Shown here: positions 10,621 to 19,638 of the stretch, piece after piece | Layout of the letters: every line of letters begins with the position of its first letter | How positions within the stretch are numbered: position 1 is the stretch's first letter | NCBI GenBank assembly: GCA_022825385.1 | Contig: JAJDWX010000033.1 | Span: 680-64,679 of the forward strand | Source of the DNA: Rhodothermales bacterium | GTDB lineage: Bacteria; Bacteroidota; Rhodothermia; Rhodothermales; VXPQ01 | Length of the DNA stretch: 64,000 bases | Direction of reading: 5' to 3' | Made by a program: the position numbers and the translations under genes | Notes under the pieces: model-generated | The model's database searches: none | Told to the model about the DNA's origin: nothing | What the model saw: only the letters and a program-made list of their open reading frames with translations

Positions 10621-11652
10621 TCAGTCATACGATACGGGCGTTCCGTGCAAGTCCCGCAAGCGCTGGATAACCTCCCGGTGTCCAAGCACGATCAGAATAT
10701 CCTGGGCCTGGATGGCGTCCCGGGCGCTCGGATTGAAGCGCATTTCCCCGGTGGCTCCGTCGATGACGGCAATAACGATCAGGTCGAACTCCTGTCGAAA
10801 ACGGCTTTCCGCAAGGGATTTTCCGACCAGGGCGGCGCCTTCCCTTATTTTGATCTCGTCCATGGCCCGGTCGATCGTTTCGGCGCGAAACACCTCGTCC
10901 ATGAATCGGTCCACGTGGGGGCGCAGAATCACTTCCACCATGCGCCGGGCGCCGATTTCGTGCGGAGAAATGGCCTTGTTCGCGCCTGCGTGAATCAATT
11001 TTTGCTCGATATGCCGCGAATTTGCCCGGGAAAGGATAAATAAATCCTTGCGGGCCTGGCGGGCGCTCAAACTCACGAAAACATTCGTGCTGTCTTCGGG
11101 GGTAGTCAGAATCAGGCCTTTCGACGCGTCAAGCCCCGCGCGACGCAGAATTTCCTCGTCCTCGGCGTTGCCCTCGATAAACGGAATGTCTGCCTTGCGC
11201 AACGCGTCGGTCACGTCCCTGGACCGGTCGATCACCACGAAGGTCTCTCCGGACCGGAGCAGATCCTTGGCAATGCGCCTCCCCACCCGGCCGTATCCGC
11301 AAATGATGTAATGGTTCTTCATGCGACTGATTTGCCTTTTCATATGACGTTCCCGAATCTTGCGGCCGACGAGCAGCAACTGCGCGCTGCGCCCTGCGAT
11401 AAACGCCGCGGCCCCAATCCCGAGCACGGCGATCCATATCGTAAAAAAGCGGCCCGTCGTCGAAAGTTCGTGAATTTCTCCGAACCCTATGGTGGTCAGC
11501 GTAATGAAGGTAAAATACAGGCCGTCTACCCAGTTCCATCCTTCGATCAAGATGAATCCGAAGGTGCCGGCGGCGATCAGTACGCACAGAAAAAGAAACA
11601 CCACGGCGATTTCTCGCACGGCGTTGTCCATCCAGTCGAATCGCCTACGCAT
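10621..11652 (-). CDS. potassium channel protein with RCK (TrkA-N/TrkA-C) domains
   Basis: Two-TM pore with selectivity-filter-like TLTTIGFGE. Rossmann motif IICGYGRVGRRIA. Track start 11664 is TTG; ATG 11652 is used. Confidence 0.85.
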   Translation of the reverse strand: MRRRFDWMDNAVREIAVVFLFLCVLIAAGTFGFILIEGWNWVDGLYFTFITLTTIGFGEIHELSTTGRFFTIWIAVLGIGAAAFIAGRSAQLLLVGRKIRERHMKRQISRMKNHYIICGYGRVGRRIAKDLLRSGETFVVIDRSRDVTDALRKADIPFIEGNAEDEEILRRAGLDASKGLILTTPEDSTNVFVSLSARQARKDLFILSRANSRHIEQKLIHAGANKAISPHEIGARRMVEVILRPHVDRFMDEVFRAETIDRAMDEIKIREGAALVGKSLAESRFRQEFDLIVIAVIDGATGEMRFNPSARDAIQAQDILIVLGHREVIQRLRDLHGTPVSYD

Positions 11653-11705
11653 GGGTACGGGCAAGGAGCGTGTGGATCAAACGGAGTCGGATCAAGGACG
11701 GCGGA

Positions 11706-12212
11706 TTAAACGGCATGGCGCAGGAAAAACGCGCGGCGATGCCAGGTTGCCGTCGCCGGCCGCTCGAACAGGCCCGCCCGCCAATCTCCCAGCCGCTGTA
11801 TTCCCGGATCGAACACCCTGGTTGTTTCGCGCACGGCGCCCGCGGCGACCGCCGCCCGAAACGCCGCTCGCGAGACCGAGCGAATCACTCCGTTCGCATC
11901 CCGGTAATGCACCGCGAGGGACGGCAGCCATTCCAGCCCCAGTTCGGCTTGCGCTTGCGCAAGGGCATGCACGGAAGCGTCGACGCCGCAGCCTGAAATG
12001 TCTCCGCCGGGAATATGCCCGGCCAGGACCGCGAATCGGCTTTCCGCCATGCCCGCGCCGCTCAATACGGGCCGCCCATGCGACGTCCAGGAAGCGCAAA
12101 ACGTTTGCAGGATTTCAAGGGTCCTGTTTTCTTCGAGTTCGTTCAGGTCCCGATCCGCCGCATAGATCCATATGCGCGCGTCGTCGGGCAAATGCTTGAA
12201 AGGATCGGTCAT
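11706..12212 (-). CDS. conserved hypothetical protein
   Basis: 168-aa ORF with ATG start. The segments SWTSHG and ISGCGVDASV resemble small Bacteroidota proteins often mislabelled ABC transporter ATPase; this is from memory and unverified. Confidence 0.55.
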   Translation of the reverse strand: MTDPFKHLPDDARIWIYAADRDLNELEENRTLEILQTFCASWTSHGRPVLSGAGMAESRFAVLAGHIPGGDISGCGVDASVHALAQAQAELGLEWLPSLAVHYRDANGVIRSVSRAAFRAAVAAGAVRETTRVFDPGIQRLGDWRAGLFERPATATWHRRAFFLRHAV

Positions 12213-12343
12213 GCGAGCGCTGTCGGTTGGATAAGGACTTTTGTAGCCTATACATACGTTTTTATGCGGAACACGTTCGACGCAAGGGGTTTTATGCAGG
12301 AATCACGTAAAAAACCTTCGCTAAAGCGCGCAACGCCAAAAAA

Positions 12344-13120
12344 ATGGACCTCGAACTGCAAAACAAGGTGGCCGTCGTTACGGGATCGAGCCGGGGCATA
12401 GGGAAATATATCGCCAAACGCCTTGCGGCGGAAGGCTGCCGCCTGGTCCTCTGCGCCCGGGGCGAAGAACGCCTTGCGGAAACGGCGGCGGAACTGGAAG
12501 GGGAGGGTGCGTCGGTATTGGCCCTGCAAACAGACCTTGCCCGGCAGGATGCGCCGCAAAACGTGGTGAACCGGGCCGTCGAGCGCTTTGGACAGCTGGA
12601 CATTCTGGTGAGCAACGTGGGGGGCAATCGCCGCAAGCCGTTCGAGGATACGACCGACGAAGATTGGGAAAGCGTGCTTGACCTGAACCTCCGGGCGCAT
12701 GTCCGTGCGGCGCGCGCCGCCACGCCGCACATGAAGGCGGCCGGGGGCGGGGCCATCCTGTTCGTGGCGTCTATTTTCGGGCGCGAGGCGGGCGGCGCCG
12801 GGCTTTCTATCTACAACGCCACGAAATCGGCCCTGATCAGCGCGGCGAAGATCATGGCGCTCGAACTGGCCCCCGCCGGTATCCGCGCAAACAGCATTGC
12901 GCCGGGGTCCATCCGGTTTCCCGGGGGCAGTTGGGACCGGCGCGTCCGCGAGCAGCCGGAAGAGATGAAAGCCTTCGTGGCGCAACACTTGCCCGTCGGA
13001 CGCTTCGGCAGGGCGGAGGAGGTAGCGGACGTGGCGGCTTTTCTCGTCTCGGCGCGGGCAAGCCTGGTAACCGGCGCCTGCCTGAACGTAGACGGGGGGC
13101 AGTCCCGGTCGCTTATTTGA
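12344..13120 (+). CDS. SDR-family oxidoreductase (FabG-like)
   Basis: TGSSRGIG cofactor motif, NVGG, and the catalytic YNATK (YxxxK). 258 aa. Confidence 0.9.
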   Translation: MDLELQNKVAVVTGSSRGIGKYIAKRLAAEGCRLVLCARGEERLAETAAELEGEGASVLALQTDLARQDAPQNVVNRAVERFGQLDILVSNVGGNRRKPFEDTTDEDWESVLDLNLRAHVRAARAATPHMKAAGGGAILFVASIFGREAGGAGLSIYNATKSALISAAKIMALELAPAGIRANSIAPGSIRFPGGSWDRRVREQPEEMKAFVAQHLPVGRFGRAEEVADVAAFLVSARASLVTGACLNVDGGQSRSLI

Positions 13121-13197
13121 AGATACGCTGAGCAAAAGCACTGAGCAAAAGCGCTGCGCCCGGCGCGACGCTGTCGCCCGTCAAGAGCGCAGGCGCC

Positions 13198-14265
13198 TCA
13201 GAGGCACTCCCGAAGCGTAGCGAGTACGCGGCGGCGGCCGCCATTCGCCTTCTTCCACTGCACCAGAATGGGGCTTTGGTATGTTCCCTTCACAATGGAT
13301 CCGCATCCATCCGATCCCTCGCCAGGCAAGACCAGGAAACGAACCGCGCGCTTCATCCCCAGAAAGTGCGAGGCAGATGTCGTAAACAAGCGTCGTACGA
13401 CCTGGTCCGGCAATAATTTACGGAGCCCCGGCACGTGCAGCGCCCTGTTCATGATCCGAATAAAATCGTATTTGACGTATTGCCAGCTTTTTCCGGGAAG
13501 CGCCAGCGGGTTGCGAAAAAGATACTGCCCGCCCGTAATGGCGTACTCCAGGGGATTTTTCAACACCGACACGAGGTCGTGCTCCATCAGGAGCGTTTCG
13601 TACTCGTTGACCGTGAGCCCCGCCCCGGGTTGATCCGGATCCAGCTCGAATTCGATCCATCCTTTTGCGATCCCCCGCGCGCGAACCAGGTCCTCGGCTT
13701 TTGCGAACAGCCCAATTTTTTCGTTATTCAAATCGACCGAATCGATGTGTTCGTCGGCGACCGGCGCCTCGACGCTGAATCGATCCACCAGCCGATCCTT
13801 GTCGAATCCGACGATCGTGGAACGCCGGCTGCGCGCCTGATCCTTGTGGTTGACGCCGTCCAGATCAATAAAATAAACAGGCTGGCTCCGCTCGCCGTTG
13901 CGGTAGGCCACGCAATTTTCGATGCCTGCGCTGATAAAACTGAGATGGGAATCCGCATTGGGCGGTTCGTCCTCGCGCTCTGCTTCCGTCAGTTCCACGC
14001 GCGACGCCATGTCGTCGTGCCGATAACTTTTGCCCGCCGGGAAAAGGCGCTGAAACGCGCGCAAAAAAGTGTGTATGGAATCCAGGCTATTATTCAGGCG
14101 ATGGGCTAACTCCTGGTCGATATAGCCGCCTGTCGTATGGTGGGAACAGTAGAGCACTCGGGCGTACGGGTCCAGAATGTCCCCGTGCTCTTCGCGAACG
14201 CGGCGCCGCACGTCGATTACGTCGAGCCGGGTGGCGGGCGTCAGGGCAAGATTGATTTCTTTCAT
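13198..14265 (-). CDS. tandem YjbQ/UPF0047-like (secondary thiamine-phosphate synthase family) two-domain protein
   Basis: Start moved from 14529 to ATG 14265 (MKEINLAL..). Domain 1 carries CSHHTTGGYIDQE, SYRHDD and NADSHL. Domain 2 carries GAGLTVNEYE and the C-terminal GTYQSPILVQWKKANGGRRRVLATL, which parallels E. coli YjbQ [24 protein letters not shown] (recalled from memory). Confidence 0.6.
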   Translation of the reverse strand: MKEINLALTPATRLDVIDVRRRVREEHGDILDPYARVLYCSHHTTGGYIDQELAHRLNNSLDSIHTFLRAFQRLFPAGKSYRHDDMASRVELTEAEREDEPPNADSHLSFISAGIENCVAYRNGERSQPVYFIDLDGVNHKDQARSRRSTIVGFDKDRLVDRFSVEAPVADEHIDSVDLNNEKIGLFAKAEDLVRARGIAKGWIEFELDPDQPGAGLTVNEYETLLMEHDLVSVLKNPLEYAITGGQYLFRNPLALPGKSWQYVKYDFIRIMNRALHVPGLRKLLPDQVVRRLFTTSASHFLGMKRAVRFLVLPGEGSDGCGSIVKGTYQSPILVQWKKANGGRRRVLATLRECL

Positions 14266-14288
14266 GAAACTATGCTGACAGCATATCC

Positions 14289-14777
14289 TTAGTCCATTAC
14301 GAATTGCGAGTCCGGTTGGTCTTCGTGGCGGATCTCGTCCACCGGCTCGCGTTTGCCTTTCCCCGCATAGAGTCGGTTCGGGCAATTGACGATCCACGCG
14401 TCTTCCTGTCCCGTATTGCGGTAGGCGTGTACGACGCCCGGCGGCACAAGCGCCGTCGCCGGACGCGCCCCCCCGAATTCCTCCCGAAAACGATAGCCGA
14501 AAGAAGGAGAATCGGGGCGCGTATCCCACAAATACAGCCGGAAAACGCCGTTAAAGAACACGAACAAGTCTGTTTGCGACGCATGTTCGTGCGGCCCGCG
14601 CGCCACGCCGGGATGGGTAAGGGACAAGTAGCCCATGCGCGGATGCACGGCCTCGGGCCACTCGTCGCGGCGGAAAAATTCGGCCAGCGACCCGCGCGCG
14701 TCTTCGAAAAATCGGAGCGGCCGAATCGGACACCCGCTTATTTCGCCCTCTTTCCAGTCAGGCACAAGGATGCTCAC
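14289..14777 (-). CDS. rmlC: dTDP-4-dehydrorhamnose 3,5-epimerase-like cupin (short form)
   Basis: Motifs FFEDARGSLAEFF, ARGPHEH and VFRLYLWDTRPDSPSFG. The GTG start at 14777 forms a GTGA overlap with the upstream gene's stop. The track start at 15020 would overlap that gene for 250 nt. Confidence 0.7.
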   Translation of the reverse strand: MSILVPDWKEGEISGCPIRPLRFFEDARGSLAEFFRRDEWPEAVHPRMGYLSLTHPGVARGPHEHASQTDLFVFFNGVFRLYLWDTRPDSPSFGYRFREEFGGARPATALVPPGVVHAYRNTGQEDAWIVNCPNRLYAGKGKREPVDEIRHEDQPDSQFVMD

Positions 14778-15547
14778 GGCGCATTCAGGGATTGAAGTTC
14801 TTCGTAAATCAGGTCGCGGGCCAGTTCGTTCGCTTCGTGCCACCCCTCGATGGTGCCGGCGTCGCCCCACCACGCGTTCAGCGCGCCCCAGGAAAGGCCG
14901 CCCGACCGAATGTACGCATTGCTTACGTCGCTGATTTCGTATTCTCCGCGCGCGCTGGGGGCCAATCCCGCAATGACGTCGAATACGCCCGCATCGTAAA
15001 AATACAGGCCCGTCACGCAATAATTACTGGGAGGATCCGAAGGTTTTTCGATAATCTCCGCGATCCGCTCGCCGTCAAAGCGCGGCACCCCATAGCGCTC
15101 GGGATCGGGCACTTCCTTGAGCAATACCCGGGCCCCCGCGCCGTCCGCGTCGAGCTGGCTGCGAAACGCCGCCGCCTGATCCCCGATATCCTCTCCGATA
15201 ATATTATCCCCCAGCACGACCAGCAAGGGCTGCCCCGCCGCGAACGAAGCGCAAAGAGAAAGCGCCTGCGCGATCCCGCCCGGCTCGTCCTGTACGCGAA
15301 AGGTCAGGTCCAGGCCCAGGTCGCGTCCGCTTCCAAGAAGATTCACGACGTCGCCCATATGCCCGGGGCTGGTCACCACGGCAACCTCCCGAATGCCCGC
15401 CCGCCGCATCCGGACCAGCGGATGGAAGATCATCGGATAACGACCGACCGGAAGCAAATGCTTGTTGGTGATCCGGGTGAGCGGGTACAGGCGGCTTCCC
15501 AGCCCGCCTGCCAGCAAAACGCCCTTCAGGGGTTGATCTTCGGACAT
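14774..15547 (-). CDS. rmlA: glucose-1-phosphate thymidylyltransferase-like sugar nucleotidyltransferase
   Basis: N-terminal GVLLAGGLGSRLYPLTRITNKHLLPV. 257 aa from ATG 15547 (track start 15568 is TTG). Confidence 0.85.
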   Translation of the reverse strand: MSEDQPLKGVLLAGGLGSRLYPLTRITNKHLLPVGRYPMIFHPLVRMRRAGIREVAVVTSPGHMGDVVNLLGSGRDLGLDLTFRVQDEPGGIAQALSLCASFAAGQPLLVVLGDNIIGEDIGDQAAAFRSQLDADGAGARVLLKEVPDPERYGVPRFDGERIAEIIEKPSDPPSNYCVTGLYFYDAGVFDVIAGLAPSARGEYEISDVSNAYIRSGGLSWGALNAWWGDAGTIEGWHEANELARDLIYEELQSLNAP

Positions 15548-15584
15548 GCTTTTTTCGATGCGGACCAATATAAATCAATATAAA

Positions 15585-16688
15585 CTACGCCGGCGCGGCG
15601 TATTGTTCGCGATACCACTGGCGCCAGGTTTCGTCCGTCGCCTGCTCGAGCCAGGTTTCGTGCTCCAGGTACCAGGCGACGGTCGCCTCGAGGCCCTGCG
15701 CCAGGCCATGCCGGGGTCGCCAGCCCAGTTCGCGGCGCGCTTTGGAGACGTCCATGGCGTAGCGATAATCGTGGCCGGGCCGGTCTGGCGCAAACGAGAC
15801 AAGCGCCCGCGACGCGCCTTCGGGGCGTCCCAGCGCCCGATCGACGCAATCCAGCACGTCGTGCGCGATCTCGAGGTTCGTGCGACACGCTTCGCCCCCT
15901 ACGCCGTAGGTTTCCCCATCGACGCCTGACAGCAGTATGGTTTCCAGCGCTTCGCAATGGTCTTCCACGTAAAGCCAGTCGCGCACATGGTCTCCCGCGC
16001 CGTAAATTGGCACTTCGTTTTCCTGCATGGCCCGGACAATAATCAGCGGGATCAGTTTTTCGGGAAATTGCCGGGGGCCGTAATTATTCGAACAGTTTGA
16101 AATCACCACCGGCAAGCCATATGTTTGCGCCCAGGCGCGCGCAAAATGATCCGCGGAAGCCTTGGAAGCCGAATAGGGCGAGCGGGGGTCGTACGGCGTC
16201 GTTTCGGAAAAAAAGCCTTCGGGCCCCAGGCTTCCGTATACTTCATCGGTCGATACATGGTGAAAACGATAGGCCCCGGTCCCGAAATCGTCGGCGTTCC
16301 AGGCGGCGCGGGCTTCTTCGAGGAGCGTCGCCGTGCCCAGCACGTTCGTATGCACAAAGGACAGCGGCGCCCGCACGGACCGATCTACATGACTCTCTGC
16401 GGCAAAATGCACGACGGTAGAAAACGCATGCTCCCGGAAGAGCGCGCGAACCTTGTCCCGGTCAGCAATATCGCCATGCGCAAAAAAGTAATTTTCCGCC
16501 TGTTCGATGGGCGCCAGGTTCATGAGGTTGCCTGCGTACGTCAGGGAATCCAGGTTCACGAACCGCGTATCGGGATAACGCGGCACCATCCTGACGAGAA
16601 AACTGGACCCGATGAAGCCCGCCCCGCCGGTAACCAGGACGGAGCGGGGAACATGGTTGCAATGTGTCCGAAGGGCGTTCGAATCCAC
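15585..16688 (-). CDS. rmlB: dTDP-glucose 4,6-dehydratase
   Basis: VLVTGGAGFIGS Rossmann motif, the SDR YSASK catalytic motif, and the DVSK..LGW C-terminus. Start is GTG at 16688 (no in-frame ATG nearby), so the start is uncertain. Confidence 0.92.
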   Translation of the reverse strand: MDSNALRTHCNHVPRSVLVTGGAGFIGSSFLVRMVPRYPDTRFVNLDSLTYAGNLMNLAPIEQAENYFFAHGDIADRDKVRALFREHAFSTVVHFAAESHVDRSVRAPLSFVHTNVLGTATLLEEARAAWNADDFGTGAYRFHHVSTDEVYGSLGPEGFFSETTPYDPRSPYSASKASADHFARAWAQTYGLPVVISNCSNNYGPRQFPEKLIPLIIVRAMQENEVPIYGAGDHVRDWLYVEDHCEALETILLSGVDGETYGVGGEACRTNLEIAHDVLDCVDRALGRPEGASRALVSFAPDRPGHDYRYAMDVSKARRELGWRPRHGLAQGLEATVAWYLEHETWLEQATDETWRQWYREQYAAPA

Positions 16689-16804
16689 GAAAAGCGCAGG
16701 GAATGCATGGGCAAAAAGAACGAAATGCCTCGCCGGGCTTTATACAGCATGCGCCCGGCGCGGTTTCGCAGACCGGCGCGCGCCATAACAGTACGCAGCA
16801 TGAC

Positions 16805-19636
16805 ATGACCCGGAATAACGAAACGAACGCGGCGAAGCAAGCCGCCCCCCTCTATTTGCTGGACGCGATGGCCCTCGCCTACCGGGCCTATTTTGCGTTC
16901 ATTGGACGCCCGCTGATGAATGCGCAAGGCGAAAACACCTCTGCGGCATACGGTTTCGCCACCACCTTGTTCAAACTCGTCGAAGACTACGGCATTCAGC
17001 GCATCGCCGTGGTGTTCGATGTGGTGGGACCCGGCGGAGGCACGTTCCGGGATGAATTATTCGAGGACTACAAGGCGAACCGAAGCCCGATTCCCGAAGA
17101 CCTGGCCGCCGCGCTCCCCCGCATCAAGGAGATTGTGGAAGCGGCGGGCGTGGTCGTGATAGAAGAAGGGGGGGTAGAAGCCGACGACGTGATCGGCACG
17201 CTGGCGCGGCAAACCGCCGGAGAAGGCGCCGAGGCGGTGATCGTGTCGCCCGACAAGGATTTCCAGCAGCTGCTTGGCGAGCATATTTCCATCTTTCGCC
17301 CGGCCCGGCGCGGCGAAGGCTTCGATTCCGTGACCGAGGAGGTGTTTCGGGAAAAATATGGCCTCCCGCCGATCCGGTTCATCGACTTGCTGGCGCTGAT
17401 GGGAGACGCCAGCGACAACGTGCCGGGCGTACCGGGGATCGGCGAAAAAACGGCGACGAAGCTGATTCAGGAGTACGGCTCGCTCGAAAGCCTGCTGGAG
17501 AACGTGCAACAGGTGAAGGGCAAGCGGGCGCGGGAGGGATTGCTCGAACACCGCGACAAGGCCTTGCTCAGCAAGCAACTGGTTACGATCAAAACGGATG
17601 TTCCGCTGGACGTAACCGAGGCGCAGCTCGCGCGCGCCGCGCCGGACCGCGAAGCCTTGCTTGCCCTGTTTAACGAACTTCAGTTCAATCGGCTCTACCG
17701 CAAGGCGAAGTCGGGAATATTCGCGCAAACAGGCGGAACGCCTGCGCAAAACGGGAGCGCGAACGCTGCGGAAACGAAAAAAGCGGCCGCCCCCACGCTC
17801 TTTTCCGAAGAACCGGCCAAGCCCTCGGCCCTCGCGTCCTACGACCCTAAAAAAACCGCCTATCGGCTCGTCGCGGACAAGGAAAGCCTCGTAGCCGCGG
17901 CGGACGCGTTGCGCAAGGCCAAGCGGTTCGCTTTCGACACGGAGACGACGTCGGTCGATCCGATGTGGGCGTCGCTTGTGGGCGTTTCCTTTTCTCTCGG
18001 CCCGGGCGAAGCCTGCTATATTCCCACGCCTTTGCCGGACGGCACGTCCACGGAAGAGGCGCTGGCCCTGCTGGCTCCCGCGCTGCGCGGAGCGGCGCGC
18101 AAGATCGGCCAGAACGTAAAGTACGACATCGTTGTGCTGGAGCGGCACGGCATGCGGGCGGAAGGTCCTTTTTTCGATACGATGGTGGCGCATTACCTGT
18201 TGTCTCCGGAAGAAGCGCACGGCCTGGATTCGCTGGCCTTGAAGTTTCTGGACTACAAGACCATTCCGATCGAAGACCTTATCGGAACGGGGAAAAATCA
18301 GCAGTCGATGCGCGACGTGGCCCCCGAAAAAATATGTTCGTACGCATGCGAAGACGCGGACGTCGCCTTGCGCCTCGCGGATATACTGGAGAAAAAACTC
18401 CGGGAGGAGGCCTTGCTGACGCTTGCGGAGCGGATCGAGTTTCCGCTCTTGCGCGTGTTGGCGGACATGGAAATCGCCGGAATCCGCGTCGATCCGGATA
18501 TGCTGGCCACGCTCTCCGGCGAAATGGGGGAGCGCCTTCGCGACCTCGAAGAACAAATCTATGCGGAGGCCGGAGAACCGTTCAAGATCGGCTCCCCGCA
18601 ACAGCTCGGCCATATCCTGTTCGACAAACTGGGCCTGCCAAGCAAGCGCAAAACGTCCCGCGGCGCGCCTTCCACAAGGGAAGAAGTGCTGGAGCAGCTC
18701 GCCGGCAGCCACCCCCTGCCGGCGCTCGTGCTCGAATGGCGCAAATTTTCCAAGCTGAAAAGCACCTACGCGGACAGCCTCGGCAAACTGATTCATCCCG
18801 AAACCGGCCGCATTCACACGAACTACAACCAGACCGTGGCGGCCACGGGAAGGCTGTCTTCGGCGGGCCCCAACCTGCAAAACATTCCCATCCGGACAGA
18901 CAAGGGACGGGAAATCCGCAAGGCGTTCGTGGCCAAAAAGGGGTGGAAATTGCTTTCGTCCGACTACGTGCAAATAGAACTTCGCATTCTGGCCTCCATG
19001 AGCGGGGACCAGGCGCTCGCCGAAGCGTTTCGACAGAAAGTAGACATACATCGGGCCGTCGCGGCGAATATCTACAACGTTCCGCCCGAAGAGGTGCACG
19101 AGGACCAGCGCCGCAAGGCCAAGGAAGTAAATTACGGCATTCCCTACGGCATCGGAGCGCGGGGACTGGCCCGCCGCCTGCGGTGCCAGTTTGCGGAAGC
19201 CCAGGAATTGATCGATAGCTATCTGAAAACGTACCCAGCGGTAACGACCCTTATTAACCGGGTAATCGAAGAAGCCCAGGAGAAGGGATTCGTTCGCACG
19301 ATGCTCGGGCGGCGACGTTTCGTGCCGAACATTCATTCGCGCAACCAGGCGCAGCGCGCGTTCTCCGAGCGCGTGGCCCGCAACATGCCCATCCAGGGAA
19401 CGCAGGCCGACATGATAAAAATCGCTATGCTTCGGATAGATCGCAAATTGAAAGAAGACGGTCTCGCGGCCCGCATGTTGCTCCAGGTGCACGACGAACT
19501 CGTTCTGGAAATGCCGCCGGAAGAAATCGATGCGGTGCAAACGATCGTGCGCGAGGAAATGGAATTGGCGCTTCCGCTCGAAGTGCCGATCGAGGTGCAC
19601 ATGAACACAGGAGACCATTGGCTCGACGCGCATTGA
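16805..19636 (+). CDS. polA: DNA polymerase I
   Basis: 5'-nuclease N-terminus (LYLLDAMALAYRAYFAF), 3'-5' exonuclease FAFDTETTS, polymerase motif A SSDYVQIELRILA, motif B RRKAKEVNYGIPYG, motif C QVHDELV. Start moved to ATG 16805. Confidence 0.95.
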   Translation: MTRNNETNAAKQAAPLYLLDAMALAYRAYFAFIGRPLMNAQGENTSAAYGFATTLFKLVEDYGIQRIAVVFDVVGPGGGTFRDELFEDYKANRSPIPEDLAAALPRIKEIVEAAGVVVIEEGGVEADDVIGTLARQTAGEGAEAVIVSPDKDFQQLLGEHISIFRPARRGEGFDSVTEEVFREKYGLPPIRFIDLLALMGDASDNVPGVPGIGEKTATKLIQEYGSLESLLENVQQVKGKRAREGLLEHRDKALLSKQLVTIKTDVPLDVTEAQLARAAPDREALLALFNELQFNRLYRKAKSGIFAQTGGTPAQNGSANAAETKKAAAPTLFSEEPAKPSALASYDPKKTAYRLVADKESLVAAADALRKAKRFAFDTETTSVDPMWASLVGVSFSLGPGEACYIPTPLPDGTSTEEALALLAPALRGAARKIGQNVKYDIVVLERHGMRAEGPFFDTMVAHYLLSPEEAHGLDSLALKFLDYKTIPIEDLIGTGKNQQSMRDVAPEKICSYACEDADVALRLADILEKKLREEALLTLAERIEFPLLRVLADMEIAGIRVDPDMLATLSGEMGERLRDLEEQIYAEAGEPFKIGSPQQLGHILFDKLGLPSKRKTSRGAPSTREEVLEQLAGSHPLPALVLEWRKFSKLKSTYADSLGKLIHPETGRIHTNYNQTVAATGRLSSAGPNLQNIPIRTDKGREIRKAFVAKKGWKLLSSDYVQIELRILASMSGDQALAEAFRQKVDIHRAVAANIYNVPPEEVHEDQRRKAKEVNYGIPYGIGARGLARRLRCQFAEAQELIDSYLKTYPAVTTLINRVIEEAQEKGFVRTMLGRRRFVPNIHSRNQAQRAFSERVARNMPIQGTQADMIKIAMLRIDRKLKEDGLAARMLLQVHDELVLEMPPEEIDAVQTIVREEMELALPLEVPIEVHMNTGDHWLDAH

Positions 19637-19638
19637 CC

